Source: Patescibacteria group bacterium
GTDB lineage: Bacteria > Patescibacteriota > WWE3 > 0-14-0-20-40-13
Direction of reading: 5' to 3'
NCBI GenBank assembly: GCA_018896215.1
Contig: JAHINB010000013.1
Location: 17,946 to 81,945, forward strand
Length of the DNA stretch: 64,000 bases
Under the pieces are notes generated by a model that was not told the origin of the DNA, did no database searches, and saw only the letters and a list, made by a program, of their open reading frames with translations. Positions 1-10,911 of the stretch are shown one piece after another. How positions within the stretch are numbered: the stretch's first letter is position 1; the number at the start of each line of letters is the position of its first letter. The position numbers were made by a program, and so were the translations under genes.

Positions 1-1000
1 ATGCCCTGGTATGCCAAAAAAACGCTGGTACCACGCTCTGTTTTCTCCAAATTCTTGAGTCACAATGACATCTTCAATTGGCCAATCTAACTCATCTCCA
101 AGGTAGTTTCGCGGATTAACGGCAACGCCATTTTTGTAGACCCCAAAATGCAGATGGGGACCGGTGGAACACCCCGAGTTGCCTTCATAAGCGATAATAT
201 CTCCTTTTTTAACCTGCTTTCCTTCCTTGCCTACAATGTTGGCAAAGGCGGAACTTATAGAATCTAACTCCGATCTAATTTGCACCAGCAACCCTTGATA
301 TTTTTGCTCGTCGTTTTGGGTTTCTTCCAAAACCCATTGTTTAGTCTGTTTTTGATCTTCTAAGGTAGCTTTATACGAAGTTACCGCCTGTCTTTGCTTC
401 TCGATTTCAATTTTTAATAATTCAATTTTGTCCTTCTTATTAGTCAGCAAGTTTTTTTGCCCCTCAAAGCTACTCTTGGTCAAATTCATTTGAGACAAAA
501 TTATCTTATCCTGTTCTTCGATAGAGCGCAGATATTTAAGTTTTAAAACCATGTCGTTAAAATTGGTAGTCTCCAAAAGCGAGATTAAGGGAGATGTCTG
601 GTATCCAACTTCGCTTTTATATTTTTGCCTTAAATGCGCTTTAAGAACTTTTTCCTGATCACCAATTGCCCCCACAAGTTTTTCTAAGCGGTCGGATAGG
701 TTTGTTATATCATCCTCTAAAGAAGCTATTTCTTGAACCTTGACAGAAATTTGGGCGTTAGCTTGATCTATTTTTAACTGGGTATAATACACTTGGGTGC
801 TAATATATTCAATTTCGTTTTTAAGAGTTTTTTCGGAGTTTTGGAGGGAGGTGATTTTAGCTTCTAATTCTTTTATTTGATCTTGCAGATCGTTAACTCT
901 ATCCGTTGTATCGGAAGGGCTTTGAGAAAAGGCGAAATTATTGGCTACAACTAAACCAAACGAAAGGATAAAAATAAAAATAGGTGTCTTAAATAAGCGC
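1..1000 (-). CDS. coiled-coil M23 (LytM) peptidase, EnvC/NlpD-like; its C-terminal end lies beyond the window start
   Basis: Minus-strand ATG at 998-1000 opens an uninterrupted frame to position 1. The N-terminus is hydrophobic, followed by a long heptad-like K/E/Q-rich region. Then comes [31 protein letters not shown] (the M23 HxH motif), then [28 protein letters not shown]. It sits immediately downstream of ftsEX, the same synteny as FtsEX-EnvC. Confidence 0.6.
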
Positions 1001-1016
1001 ATTGCATCATTTAAAT

Positions 1017-1892
1017 CTAAATCTTCAGATATCTCTTAACCGCAAACATACTTCCTACAAATCCTAAAAGAGCGCCAAAAAGAAGCTGCGTCCCAAAAAC
1101 AATTAAGAGATAAACAAAGTTTAAGTTAACAACTGGAATACCTTTAAAAAGTAGAGCAATGTCTCCCCCTAACACACTTACAATAATCGTAAAAACTATC
1201 TGTGAGATAAAAGCTGCTACTACCCCATATATTAGACCTTGAATGATAAAAGGGCCTCTAATAAACCAGCTCGAACCACCAACCAGCCTCATGACCGCAA
1301 TCTCATCATTTCTAATATAAATTGACGAGCCGATGGTCAAAAGTACCGTAATAATTGAGGTTAAAAGTAAGAGCGTTACCATGGCAATTCCCCCGTATTT
1401 AATAATATCGCTAAATTTTTTAAAGGTGGTTATGGCATCTTTGTAATACACTACCTCCTCAACATTGGTGTTACCCTCAAACTTTCTAACAACTTCTGGC
1501 AAATATTTAATATCCCGCGCTCTAATATCTAAACTGGCAGGAAAGATGTCACGGGTTAAGGACTCCAAAAGCAACGGGTCGTTCTGATGTTCTCCAATGT
1601 AAGAATCTAGAGCTTCCTGCTTTGAGGTGTAGCCAACGCTTTGGATATCGGAATCTAGCTCCAGATCTGATTTAATCTTTAAAATATCATCTTCTAAAAA
1701 TGAGTCTTTAAAAAACACTGTAATTTGGGCTTGTGTTTCTAGATACTTTAAGACATCGCGAGAAATTACCCCCACAGAAATAAACGAACTTAGCATAAAG
1801 AAAGTAAAGGTCATGACCAAAACAGAGGCAACAGTAAACCACCTGCTCTTGACGATATTAGATATGGCAAACTTAAAAACTCTTTTATTCAT
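1017..1892 (-). CDS. ftsX: cell-division ABC transporter permease FtsX
   Basis: 291 aa with an N-terminal TM helix, a large extracytoplasmic loop and three C-terminal TM helices. It lies directly downstream of ftsE. Confidence 0.8.
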   Translation of the reverse strand: MNKRVFKFAISNIVKSRWFTVASVLVMTFTFFMLSSFISVGVISRDVLKYLETQAQITVFFKDSFLEDDILKIKSDLELDSDIQSVGYTSKQEALDSYIGEHQNDPLLLESLTRDIFPASLDIRARDIKYLPEVVRKFEGNTNVEEVVYYKDAITTFKKFSDIIKYGGIAMVTLLLLTSIITVLLTIGSSIYIRNDEIAVMRLVGGSSWFIRGPFIIQGLIYGVVAAFISQIVFTIIVSVLGGDIALLFKGIPVVNLNFVYLLIVFGTQLLFGALLGFVGSMFAVKRYLKI

Positions 1893-1898
1893 GCTTTA

Positions 1899-2582
1899 TC
1901 ACTCCTTTGAATAACTACCCTTACTTTGATCACGAACAATGCGACCTTGATCCAATTCTACCACTCTTTTTTTAAGCAAATTTACAATATTAAAATCGTG
2001 AGTTGCCATAATAACAGTTGTTCCCCAAGAATTTACTTTTTCTAACAATTTTACTATTTCCCAAGTGCTAGAGGGATCAACCATACCCGTTGGCTCATCT
2101 GCCAGAATTATTTTTGGCTCATGAACTAAGGCGCGAGCAATTGCCAACCTTTGTTTTTCGCCACCGCTTAACTGATAAGGAAAATTTTGCATTTTGGATG
2201 ATAACCCCACCAATTCAAGATATTTTGGCACAATTGTGGCAATTTCCTCATCAGTTTTTCCAACCACCTCAAGCGACAAAGAAACATTTTGGAACACTGT
2301 TCTGCTGTATAAAAGACGATAGTCCTGAAAGATATAGCCAATTTTTCGGCGAAGAGGCGGGATATCGCTGTTTTTTAAGGAGGCTAAATCCTGTCCATCA
2401 ACCATAATTTTGCCACTAGTGGGCAATTCTTCTTTGACAATGAGTCTTAGCATTGTAGTTTTTCCCGCTCCCGATGTACCAACCAAAAACACAAACTCTT
2501 TGGGGGCAACGGACAAACTTATATCGTCAAGCGCTAATGTTCCATCTTTATATTTTTTTGTTACATCCTCAAATATAATCAT
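1899..2582 (-). CDS. ftsE: cell-division ABC transporter ATPase FtsE
   Basis: Walker A GTSGAGKTT, ABC signature LSGGEKQRLAIARAL and Walker B ILADEPTG; 227 aa. Confidence 0.85.
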   Translation of the reverse strand: MIIFEDVTKKYKDGTLALDDISLSVAPKEFVFLVGTSGAGKTTMLRLIVKEELPTSGKIMVDGQDLASLKNSDIPPLRRKIGYIFQDYRLLYSRTVFQNVSLSLEVVGKTDEEIATIVPKYLELVGLSSKMQNFPYQLSGGEKQRLAIARALVHEPKIILADEPTGMVDPSSTWEIVKLLEKVNSWGTTVIMATHDFNIVNLLKKRVVELDQGRIVRDQSKGSYSKE

Positions 2583-2591
2583 ACTCGCCCG

Positions 2592-2987
2592 TCACTTGAA
2601 ACTTACCGCTTCTACATAAACTAACTGCACACCATCTGCATTTTTCCCTCGCGTTGTTCCAGTAATTGTAACAATTCCCTGACCCGAAGCAAAACTTAAT
2701 AACTCCCCCCTTGTCTCCATAAAAGCCAAAATCTCGTTTGATTCCGACATTAATTTATACTGATAAGTTTGATTTTCACCGTCATTTTTAGCAATCCTTC
2801 CCCGCAGTTCAATTGTTCCACCAACAAGTTTGGAAGGATCCATAAAGGCATCTCCTACGGTATTTTTCAGCTCGGCATCAGTTATAGGCGTCAGTTTTGA
2901 GGTAGCGAACAACTTTGTACCAACCAAAAAGATAATACCTAATACTACAAGAAATATTAACAACATAATCAATCTTTTTTTGATCAT
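2592..2987 (-). CDS. hypothetical membrane-anchored protein
   Basis: 131-aa ORF with one N-terminal TM helix (LIMLLIFLVVLGIIFLVG) and a soluble beta-rich domain. No recognisable motif. Confidence 0.4.
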   Translation of the reverse strand: MIKKRLIMLLIFLVVLGIIFLVGTKLFATSKLTPITDAELKNTVGDAFMDPSKLVGGTIELRGRIAKNDGENQTYQYKLMSESNEILAFMETRGELLSFASGQGIVTITGTTRGKNADGVQLVYVEAVSFK

Positions 2988-2999
2988 AGTTCCATGATA

Positions 3000-4004
3000 C
3001 TACAAATAAAGTTCCTTCTCTATGAATCCCCCCAACTCTCCATCCAACACTGCATCTGGATTAAAGCACTCCACCCCTGTTCGCAAATCTTTGACCAATT
3101 TATAAGGATGCAAAATATAATTACGGATTTGATTGCCCCATGAAGCCGTTTTAAAAACCCCCTTTATTTTATTTACTTCATTTACCTTTTCTTTTTCCAT
3201 GGCATCCAGCAATTTTGCTTTAAGCATATTTAAAGCAATTTCGCGATTTTTAAGCTGGAATCTTTCGGTTTGGCAGGAAACAACAATACCGGTAGGTTTG
3301 TGCTTGATACGAACCGCGGTTGAAACCTTGTTAACATTTTGACCTCCGTGCCCGCTGGCTCTAAAAAAATCTGTATCCAAGTCACTTTCTGCTATTTCTA
3401 AATCGGAACCCTTTTGCACTTGAGGTAAAACCTCGACTAAAGCAAAAGATGTCTGGCGAAGATTATCGGCATTAAAAGGGGACTGACGAACCAATCTGTG
3501 AGTCCCCGCCTCGCGTTTGAGCATGCCATAGGCAAAAGAACCATCTACTTGGTAGGTCACCGACTTTATTCCAGCTACATCCCCCACCGTTTCATCAACT
3601 TTAAAAAAACTCCATTTCTTGCGGTCAAAGTATCTCTCGTACATTCGAGCCAACATTCCCGCCCAATCCATGGCCTCGGTTCCACCTTGCCCCGCATGAA
3701 TTGCCAAATAGGCGCCTCCCGAATCAAATTTACCAGATAAAACCGCAAAGATTTCGGCTTCTTTAAGTTTTTGATTAAGCTCTTTCTCTTCGCCCATTTC
3801 GGCTAATAATTCCAGTTCTTCTACTTTCACCACAATTGATTTTAGATCCGAGAGTTCTTTGGCGCGTTTTGACGCCATATCGGGATTACTCCAAAAATTG
3901 GGGTTCTCCATTTCTTTTTCAATTGACGCAAGCTCCTGCTTTTTCTCGTCGTATTTAAGACTGCTTTTGATACTGGAGATTTTACTTAGAGTTGAGTCAT
4001 CCAT
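3000..4004 (-). CDS. prfB: peptide chain release factor 2
   Basis: GGQ motif ([11 protein letters not shown]) and the RF2-specific SPF motif (RQSPFNADN). A single 334-aa frame with no internal in-frame stop, so no programmed +1 frameshift site. Confidence 0.85.
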   Translation of the reverse strand: MDDSTLSKISSIKSSLKYDEKKQELASIEKEMENPNFWSNPDMASKRAKELSDLKSIVVKVEELELLAEMGEEKELNQKLKEAEIFAVLSGKFDSGGAYLAIHAGQGGTEAMDWAGMLARMYERYFDRKKWSFFKVDETVGDVAGIKSVTYQVDGSFAYGMLKREAGTHRLVRQSPFNADNLRQTSFALVEVLPQVQKGSDLEIAESDLDTDFFRASGHGGQNVNKVSTAVRIKHKPTGIVVSCQTERFQLKNREIALNMLKAKLLDAMEKEKVNEVNKIKGVFKTASWGNQIRNYILHPYKLVKDLRTGVECFNPDAVLDGELGGFIEKELYL

Positions 4005-4006
4005 GA

Positions 4007-5077
4007 CTACTTTTGCAACGCCTCCATGACATAATAGGGATCAGACTCCACAACGCTTTGAGCATAAAGCTCCATCGAACCAATATCCGCGGTGCGGTTT
4101 GACAGGTTACCACGATCAACAATTCTTACAATGTACGGCATATGCGACCAGTTTTCTTGGGTTTTAACTAATGGTGGCATATAAATAACTAAATTAAAGC
4201 TTGCTACACCAAGTTCATTTTTAAAGGCGCTTAAAACTTTGTTAATTGATTTTGCAAGCTCCCAACCATAATCTCTCCCAACAATCATAACTTCATTATT
4301 TTTAATCGGGGTTAGCTTTGCCATAATTTTGGTTTTTCCATACTCCACACCAAGTCCCAACGCCTTATGAACACTAAAGACATCATCAAAATAGTTGGCA
4401 AGATAGTTATTTTCGTATTCCAAAACCTGTTTTCTTAGATCATCAACCCTAGCAAAAGAGACCCCTTCAGTTAAAACAACTTGAGCATGACCGTGTATAA
4501 CCGAAGCGCCTGCTTTCCACAAACAGTTCCATGAAAATAAAGGGTAAATGGCATCAGGGTTAACATTATTGGCTTTTTTAAAATATTGGCGAGCTACTTC
4601 TAGATAATCTGCTATTTTTTCTTCGTTAAAATTAAGAGGGTTATGCTCATTAAAAATGATCAGCCCATGAAAACCATCATATTTGGCGATGTTTGACGCG
4701 GTAATACAATATTTTCCTTTAATTCTTCCAAAAACATCTTCGGGAGTAGCGGTTAGTGGAGTACTAAAATGATCGCCTTGACATTGTTCTATTTCTTCTT
4801 TGTATCCTCCATAAGTTTCGTCTTTAATAACTGGTCGCTTGGTGCGCAATTCGTTAAATATTGCTCCTTCTCCAGTAACCCTATTGATAATTTTGACAAA
4901 AGTTTGTGTTTCCAGATCCTTTATTTCACCAAAAGTTTTTGTCGCCCATTCTTCCATTTCCGTTGGAATTAAAAGTTTACCAGTAGAAATAGTTATTTTA
5001 TAAATACGAGTAAATTTTTCGCGAGTTGCGGTATCGAGTTTTTCAATTTTTGACAACAATTGATCCTTAAATCCCAT
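4007..5077 (-). CDS. HIT-superfamily (GalT / Ap4A-phosphorylase-like) nucleotidyltransferase, putative
   Basis: 356 aa with an HxHxQ-type motif (VIHGHAQVV) near the middle. No stronger family signature seen by eye. Confidence 0.35.
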   Translation of the reverse strand: MGFKDQLLSKIEKLDTATREKFTRIYKITISTGKLLIPTEMEEWATKTFGEIKDLETQTFVKIINRVTGEGAIFNELRTKRPVIKDETYGGYKEEIEQCQGDHFSTPLTATPEDVFGRIKGKYCITASNIAKYDGFHGLIIFNEHNPLNFNEEKIADYLEVARQYFKKANNVNPDAIYPLFSWNCLWKAGASVIHGHAQVVLTEGVSFARVDDLRKQVLEYENNYLANYFDDVFSVHKALGLGVEYGKTKIMAKLTPIKNNEVMIVGRDYGWELAKSINKVLSAFKNELGVASFNLVIYMPPLVKTQENWSHMPYIVRIVDRGNLSNRTADIGSMELYAQSVVESDPYYVMEALQK

Positions 5078-5129
5078 AATCTAATCATAAAGGTTTAAGA
5101 GAAAAGTTTAAAGGGGAAATAAAAAATCT

Positions 5130-5855
5130 CTAGAAGAAGTCTTCGGAAAGAATATTTTTTTTGGGTACGCCAGCTTGTAAAAATAGGGTGGTTGCGTCTT
5201 TCATCATCTCGGGATGACCACACAAAAATACAAAATTGGGCTTTTCTTTTTTTAACAATTCTTGAGCAATTTCCGTAACATAACCTTTATGCCAATACTC
5301 TCCCCATTCGGGTTTAAATCCAACTGTTGTTTGTGATAGAGCAACATAGTAATAAAAATGCTTTAATGTTTTTGCCAGGTTTTCGAAATTCTTTAAAAAA
5401 ACTATGTCCTCCTTAACTCTTGTTCCATATATCAACCTAATCTTCCCAATTCCACCTATCTCCCTTATTCTCTCTATCTGTGCTTTAAGCGGCGCGACTC
5501 CGCAACCCGTACCCAAAAACCAGACATTTCCATAAATCCCCTCGGGTACCACAAACTTTCCATACGATCCCCAAAACTCAACTGTTTCCCCAACCTTTAA
5601 GCTTTCCACAAATTTAGAGCCAATCCCCTGCGCTTTTGTGTCAATCAAAAGTTCTAACACATTGTTCTTGTCATCCCACCTGCATATAGAATAAGCTCTC
5701 CTAACATTAGGAGCAACCACAAGCGAAATGTACTGCCCCGCCGAATACGAGAAGTCTTGAGATTTTTGCAAAATCAAATGGACAAAGTGTGAGCTTAAAT
5801 TGTTTTTACGAGTTACTTTTGATGTGTATTTTTTAGGTAGATTGAGTAGAGTCAT
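5130..5855 (-). CDS. ferredoxin-NADP+ reductase-like FAD/NAD(P)-binding oxidoreductase
   Basis: RxYS FAD-binding motif (RRAYSIC), NAD(P)-binding GTGCGVAPL and a C-terminal CGHPEMM. Its start overlaps the ferredoxin stop (TAATG). Confidence 0.55.
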   Translation of the reverse strand: MTLLNLPKKYTSKVTRKNNLSSHFVHLILQKSQDFSYSAGQYISLVVAPNVRRAYSICRWDDKNNVLELLIDTKAQGIGSKFVESLKVGETVEFWGSYGKFVVPEGIYGNVWFLGTGCGVAPLKAQIERIREIGGIGKIRLIYGTRVKEDIVFLKNFENLAKTLKHFYYYVALSQTTVGFKPEWGEYWHKGYVTEIAQELLKKEKPNFVFLCGHPEMMKDATTLFLQAGVPKKNILSEDFF

Positions 5856-6073
5856 TACGGATAAAGCTGTTTTCCAGCTTCATCAAACAAATGAATAGCT
5901 AAAACCGGACAACTTTGAGATGCCTGCAAAATAACCTCATCTGTGTCGCCTGCCGGCTTTGCAATGGTTGATTTACCCTCCGAGTTTAGGGAAAATGTCT
6001 TACTGGCAATTACTCCGCAAGTTCCGCACCCAATACAATCCTGATTAATTTCTATTTTTGTTATCTTGGACAT
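5855..6073 (-). CDS. 4Fe-4S ferredoxin
   Basis: CIGCGTCGV...SCPV cluster-binding cysteines. Start taken at the internal ATG (MSKITKIEI), which avoids the 52-nt overlap with sufU that the longest ORF would create. Confidence 0.6.
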   Translation of the reverse strand: MSKITKIEINQDCIGCGTCGVIASKTFSLNSEGKSTIAKPAGDTDEVILQASQSCPVLAIHLFDEAGKQLYP

Positions 6074-6423
6074 AGTGCTTTTTTTAAAACTCCTAAACTT
6101 AAGATGGCACACTTTTTACGAGATGTTGTTAGATCCATTTCTAGTAATTGTAACATCTGCTCTTCGGACATGTCTTTGATTTCTCGTAGCGTTTTTCCCT
6201 TGACAAAATCCGCCAACATGTCGGCCGAAACTGTAGAAATTAAGCAACCGATACCATTAAATTTAATGTCAGTGATAACACCCTTTGAGGTTTTGAAAGA
6301 AACGGAGAGCGCGTCCCCGCACAAAGGGTTTTTTAATGATGCCTTATTTGTGGCATCAACAATCTCACCCATATTTTGCGGGTTTTTATAGCGATCTAAT
6401 AATTCTTCCCGATAAATATTCAT
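6061..6423 (-). CDS. sufU: Fe-S cluster scaffold SufU/IscU-like (NifU N-terminal domain)
   Basis: The three conserved Cys in the NPLCGD, GIGCLIS and KKALCP contexts; 120 aa. Confidence 0.7.
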   Translation of the reverse strand: MNIYREELLDRYKNPQNMGEIVDATNKASLKNPLCGDALSVSFKTSKGVITDIKFNGIGCLISTVSADMLADFVKGKTLREIKDMSEEQMLQLLEMDLTTSRKKCAILSLGVLKKALCPR

Positions 6424-6425
6424 AT

Positions 6426-7697
6426 CTAACTGTTTTTACGGGTGACACCCCTAAAGTGGTGTTTTGGGGTGTCACCCGAAAATCCAAATATCTTCTTTGC
6501 TTTATTAATCCCACTTATTAGTGCATCTATATCCTCTTTTGTATTATAGATATACAAACTTACCCTAACTGAACTTGGTATATCCAACGCCGTGTGTAGT
6601 GGCATAGCGCAGTGGTGACCCGACCTAACCGCAACCCCAACCGAGTCTAAAACACTGGCTAAATCATGGGAGTGCACCCCTGGCAGGTTAAACGCCACAA
6701 TTCCAACCCCGTTTTCTGCTTTTTGGTTCCCGTATAGTAATAGCCCTAATCGCCCTAACATTTCTAATAAGTATTCTGTATTCCCCCCCACCTTCCCCCT
6801 CAACTTCTCCAACCCATAGGAGTTTAGGTAATCCACTGCCACCCCAAGCCCAATCACTCCCGCGATATTTGGCGTTCCGGCTTCAAATTTATTGGGAACA
6901 ATATCCCAAACAGCGTGATCTTGATAAACTTCAGTAATCATACCCCCGCCAAATTTAACAGGCTCAAGTGTTTTTAGTAATTCTCGTTTTCCCCAAAGCA
7001 CTCCAACTCCAGTTGGCCCTAGCATTTTATGCGCCGAAAAAGCATAAAAGTCGCATCCTAAAGATTGCACATTAACTGGCAGGTGCCCCACCGCCTGCGC
7101 CCCATCGACTACTACTAAACAATTGGGATTTGTCGTTTTGACAAGTTTGACTAAATCTTTAATCTTAATAATTTCTCCAGTGACATTGGAAGCGTGGGTA
7201 ATTGCTAAAGCATCCACTTTTTGAGAGAGTATTTTTTTAGCTTCAGAATAATCTAGTAAACCGCCTTTAGTAACCGGAATATAGATCAGCTGACAATTTT
7301 TTTGTGTTGCCAACTGTTGCCAAGGTACAAGGTTGGAGTGATGTTCTAGTTCCGATAAAACAATTGTTGATTCTTCTTTTAATATTTGACCAACTAATTG
7401 AGAAGCCGTATTTAATGATTCTGTTGCTCCACTGGTAAAGATCACTTCTTCGGGAACAACTGCTCCAATTAAACCTGCAACCTTTTTTCTAGCTTCTTCA
7501 AACAATAAAGTTGATTCCTCGCTTAATGTATGAATTCCTCGATGGATATTGGAATTATGTTTTTGATAATAGTTAACAACGGCATCAATAACTTGCTGTG
7601 GCTTTTGCGTTGTAGCAGCATTGTCCAAATAAGCAAGTTTGTGACCGTTGATTTTGCGATTTAAAATTCTGAAATCCTTTTTGGTATTAATTAACAT
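6426..7697 (-). CDS. sufS: cysteine desulfurase SufS (class V aminotransferase)
   Basis: PLP-lysine SAHK motif and the group-II active-site loop RSGHHCA. The last ~17 codons (FSGDTPKHHFRGVTRKNS) and the stop codon are supplied by a palindromic repeat element (see repeats). Confidence 0.85.
   Translation of the reverse strand: MLINTKKDFRILNRKINGHKLAYLDNAATTQKPQQVIDAVVNYYQKHNSNIHRGIHTLSEESTLLFEEARKKVAGLIGAVVPEEVIFTSGATESLNTASQLVGQILKEESTIVLSELEHHSNLVPWQQLATQKNCQLIYIPVTKGGLLDYSEAKKILSQKVDALAITHASNVTGEIIKIKDLVKLVKTTNPNCLVVVDGAQAVGHLPVNVQSLGCDFYAFSAHKMLGPTGVGVLWGKRELLKTLEPVKFGGGMITEVYQDHAVWDIVPNKFEAGTPNIAGVIGLGVAVDYLNSYGLEKLRGKVGGNTEYLLEMLGRLGLLLYGNQKAENGVGIVAFNLPGVHSHDLASVLDSVGVAVRSGHHCAMPLHTALDIPSSVRVSLYIYNTKEDIDALISGINKAKKIFGFSGDTPKHHFRGVTRKNS
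6439..6478. repeat. IR-A palindromic element copy 1 (CGGGTGACACCCC ... GGGGTGTCACCCG)
   Basis: 13-nt inverted arms separated by 14 nt, at the sufS 3' end / sufU 5' junction. It translates to ..SGDTP..GVTRK.. Confidence 0.65.
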
Positions 7698-8191
7698 CAG
7701 TTTTCTAAAAACCCAGAGGTGATTAATTGTTCGGCGTCTATGTGAGATAAACCGCGAGATTCCATGTAGTAGATTTCGTCTTCGCTTACTTTTCCAATTG
7801 TAACCCCATGACTGGCTTTAACTTTAGCATTTTTAATTTCCAGCGATGGTATAGATTTAACAAACACTTCCTCTCCTACTAAAAGATTCTTTTGAGAAAG
7901 ATGGGTGTCGGTTCCAATTGCATTTGTGTTGACAATAAGACACCCATTAAAGTACAGCTTTGCCTTATCATGCAATACAACCTTGATATCAACTCGACCT
8001 TTGGTATTAATCCCTATGTGATTTAACACGATATTGATATTCCTTTCGGTATTTCCCGTTAAGAGAAATCTACCGGTGACACTGATCTCGGATTGATCTC
8101 CAATTAAATTTACCAACATGGAGGTATCCTCATTTTTTAGGACGAGTTCTTTACTCTCACTCATATTTAATTTTATTGTTTTTGTCTTCAT
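7697..8191 (-). CDS. sufD: SufD/SufB-like Fe-S assembly protein, short form
   Basis: 164 aa covering only the C-terminal beta-helix region, with the typical tail YYMESRGLS..AEQLITSGFL. Confidence 0.55.
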   Translation of the reverse strand: MKTKTIKLNMSESKELVLKNEDTSMLVNLIGDQSEISVTGRFLLTGNTERNINIVLNHIGINTKGRVDIKVVLHDKAKLYFNGCLIVNTNAIGTDTHLSQKNLLVGEEVFVKSIPSLEIKNAKVKASHGVTIGKVSEDEIYYMESRGLSHIDAEQLITSGFLEN

Positions 8192-8202
8192 TTTCGTCTT
8201 TT

Positions 8203-8252
8203 CGGGAGACTCCCCAAAAACAGTTTCTAATGCCTTTAAGGGGAGTCTCCCG
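8203..8252. repeat. IR-B palindromic element (CGGGAGACTCCCC ... GGGGAGTCTCCCG)
   Basis: 13-nt inverted arms separated by 24 nt, in the divergent sufD-ybaK intergenic region. The arm differs from IR-A at 2 positions. Confidence 0.6.
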
Positions 8253-8337
8253 GAAAAATTCTAAGATTTTGTTCCCCTTTTATCATAGATAACCGTCTAT
8301 ATATTAACATGAATTTTTACTATGGTAAACTTACACA

Positions 8338-8805
8338 ATGACACAAACACTTTTAGATAAAATTGTAAACTTTCTTGACCACGAGAAAATAAATTACCAA
8401 TTGACAATTCACGAACCGGTCAGAACTAGCGAAGAAGCAGCCAAGTTGCGGGGAGTTCCCCTATCATCTGGAGCCAAAGCCATGGTAGCCAAATGCAAAA
8501 GCAAATACTACCTTTTTGTTCTCCGCGCCAACACCAAGTTGGACTGGAAAAAAGTCAAGGTTATTCTTAACAATAGCGATGCCCATTTGGCACCGATTGA
8601 GGAAGCAGAAAAAATAACCGGAGTCCAAATTGGAGCAGTCGCTCCCTTTGGCAATCTGATGGGTTTACCAACTTACTTTGACAAAAAATTACTACAAAAT
8701 ATTGATGTTAATTTTAATGCCGGACTCCGAACTCACTCTATCAACATGAAAACCGTAGATCTCGTAACTCTCGTCAAACCAATCGTGGAAGATTTCTCCG
8801 GATGA
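8338..8805 (+). CDS. ybaK: YbaK/ProX-family aminoacyl-tRNA deacylase (Cys-tRNA(Pro) editing)
   Basis: 155 aa with a YbaK-like core (GAKAMVAKCKSKYYLFVLRANTKLDWKK...GAVAPFG). It is divergent from the suf genes around it. Confidence 0.65.
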   Translation: MTQTLLDKIVNFLDHEKINYQLTIHEPVRTSEEAAKLRGVPLSSGAKAMVAKCKSKYYLFVLRANTKLDWKKVKVILNNSDAHLAPIEEAEKITGVQIGAVAPFGNLMGLPTYFDKKLLQNIDVNFNAGLRTHSINMKTVDLVTLVKPIVEDFSG

Positions 8806-8810
8806 AATAT

Positions 8811-10178
8811 CTATCCGATACTCCCCCCCATTTCTAACTCCACTAATCTATTTAATTCCACCGCATATTCCATAGGAAGTTCTTTAGCTATAGGCTCAAT
8901 AAACCCCGATGCCACAAGGCTTTTGGCTTGTTCCTTGGATAAACCCCGTGACATTAAATAATAAAGTTTACTATCATCTATATTACTGACTGACGCTTCA
9001 TGTCCAATTTCTACATTTTTGCTTTCTATCTGCATTGTGGGATAGGTGTTGGTTTGCGAATTGGGCGAAAGCAGCAGGGCATCGCAAACTACATTTACTT
9101 TGGCATTTTTGATATGGGGAGGAACCTTTACCATTCCTCTATAAGTTGCAATTCCAGTTTCTTTTGAGATTGATTTTGAGATTATATTTGAGGAGGTATT
9201 ATTTGCTAGGTGATACACTTTACCCCCCGCATCTTGTGTTTGCCCTGCTTTCGCGTAGGCAAGCGAGAGTATTTCTCCTTTTGCCCCATCCCCTTTTAAG
9301 TAGATCGAGGGGTACTTCATAGTAACCTTTGATCCCAAATTGCAATCCACCCATTCCATTACACCGCCTTTCTCCACAAACGCTCTTTTAGTCACTAAAT
9401 TATAAACATCATTACTCCAATTTTGAATTGTGGTATAGCGAACCCTTGCGCCCTCCATAACAAATATCTCCACAACAGCAGCATGCAAAGAAGCCGAAGC
9501 ATAAACTGGAGCAGTACAACCTTCCACATAGCTTACAAAGGAATTTTTGTCCGCGATGATGAGAGTTCTCTCAAACTGCCCCATGTTGCGCTCGTTAATT
9601 CTAAAGTAAGTCTGAAGTGGAAGTTTCACTTTGACATTTGGCGGAATATAAATAAAAGAACCTCCGCTCCAAACAGCACTATTTAACGACGCGAATTTAT
9701 TATCGGCTGGGGGAACCGCTTTACCAAAATACTTCTTAAAAATCTCTGGGTGCTTTTGTAAAGCCGAGTCAGTGTCCAAAAAAATCACACCCTTTTGTTC
9801 TAGTTCTTTTTTAAGTGAGCCGTAAACTACCTCAGATTCAAATTGCGCTTTGACTCCCGAAAGATATTCTCTTTCGGCTTGGGGAATCCCCAACCGTTCA
9901 AAAGTATTTTTTATTTGTTCGGGGACTTCTTGCCAGGAGTGTTTTTGACTATCCTGCGGTTTAACATAATAGTAAAGTTCCTTAAAATTTATCGCCGATA
10001 AGTCCGGACCCCAAGCGGGCATTTTCTTTTGACAAAATAATTCGTATGCTCTAATCCTAAAGTCAAACATCCATTGAGGTTCTTTTTTTGTGGTTGAGAT
10101 ATAGCTAACAATCTCTCGTGACAATCCCCGTGGTGATTTGTAAATTGGAGTGGTTTTTGTCCTAAATGTGGTATCCAT
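8811..10178 (-). CDS. sufB: Fe-S cluster assembly protein SufB
   Basis: 455 aa with the conserved C-terminus [24 protein letters not shown]. Confidence 0.85.
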   Translation of the reverse strand: MDTTFRTKTTPIYKSPRGLSREIVSYISTTKKEPQWMFDFRIRAYELFCQKKMPAWGPDLSAINFKELYYYVKPQDSQKHSWQEVPEQIKNTFERLGIPQAEREYLSGVKAQFESEVVYGSLKKELEQKGVIFLDTDSALQKHPEIFKKYFGKAVPPADNKFASLNSAVWSGGSFIYIPPNVKVKLPLQTYFRINERNMGQFERTLIIADKNSFVSYVEGCTAPVYASASLHAAVVEIFVMEGARVRYTTIQNWSNDVYNLVTKRAFVEKGGVMEWVDCNLGSKVTMKYPSIYLKGDGAKGEILSLAYAKAGQTQDAGGKVYHLANNTSSNIISKSISKETGIATYRGMVKVPPHIKNAKVNVVCDALLLSPNSQTNTYPTMQIESKNVEIGHEASVSNIDDSKLYYLMSRGLSKEQAKSLVASGFIEPIAKELPMEYAVELNRLVELEMGGSIG

Positions 10179-10899
10179 TGTTTTCTATCTCTTCTGCTAA
10201 CTTACTATTTCCACTTTGGACAATTGTTCCGTTTATCATTACATGGACAAAATCAGGTTTTAAAATTTTTAAGATTCGTGGGTAATGGGTAATTATAACA
10301 ACTCCAGTGTTCTTAAATGTTTTGATTTTCTCAAATATTGTTTTTTGTGCGCCAATATCTAAACCGCTGTCAATCTCATCCAAAATTGCATATTTAGGGT
10401 TCAAAACTGCCATTTGCAAAATTTCGCCTTTCTTTTTTTCGCCTCCGCTTGCACCCTCGTTTAAATTTCTTTCGGTAAATTCCTTTGCCATTCCCAACCT
10501 TTCCAGGTGACTCATTAATAATGTTCTAAATTTAATTGGGGGCAAATTGATACCAGCGATACTACCGTATGAGAGACGCAAAAATGATTCTAAGGAAACT
10601 CCGGGAACCTCGACTGGGTATTGAAAGGCTAAAAACAAGCCTAGCCTTGCTCGCGCGGTTGCATCAAGATTTAATAAACAAGTTTGTTTCTGACGAAATA
10701 GATCTTTCCCGTCAAGAGAAACTGATCCCTTTGTAACTGTAATTAGGGGATTACCAATAAGCGTTGTTGCCAAGGTGCTTTTTCCTGAACCATTTGGTCC
10801 CATAAGAGCATGAATTTCCCCACGGTTGATGTTGAGACTCACCCCTTTAAGGATTTCTTTTTCTCCAATTTTAGCGTACAGATTATTTATCTTTAGCAT
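10162..10899 (-). CDS. sufC: Fe-S cluster assembly ATPase SufC
   Basis: Walker [11 protein letters not shown], signature SGGEKK and Walker [11 protein letters not shown]. Confidence 0.85.
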   Translation of the reverse strand: MLKINNLYAKIGEKEILKGVSLNINRGEIHALMGPNGSGKSTLATTLIGNPLITVTKGSVSLDGKDLFRQKQTCLLNLDATARARLGLFLAFQYPVEVPGVSLESFLRLSYGSIAGINLPPIKFRTLLMSHLERLGMAKEFTERNLNEGASGGEKKKGEILQMAVLNPKYAILDEIDSGLDIGAQKTIFEKIKTFKNTGVVIITHYPRILKILKPDFVHVMINGTIVQSGNSKLAEEIENNGYHI

Positions 10900-10911
10900 A
10901 ATTCTTAATCT

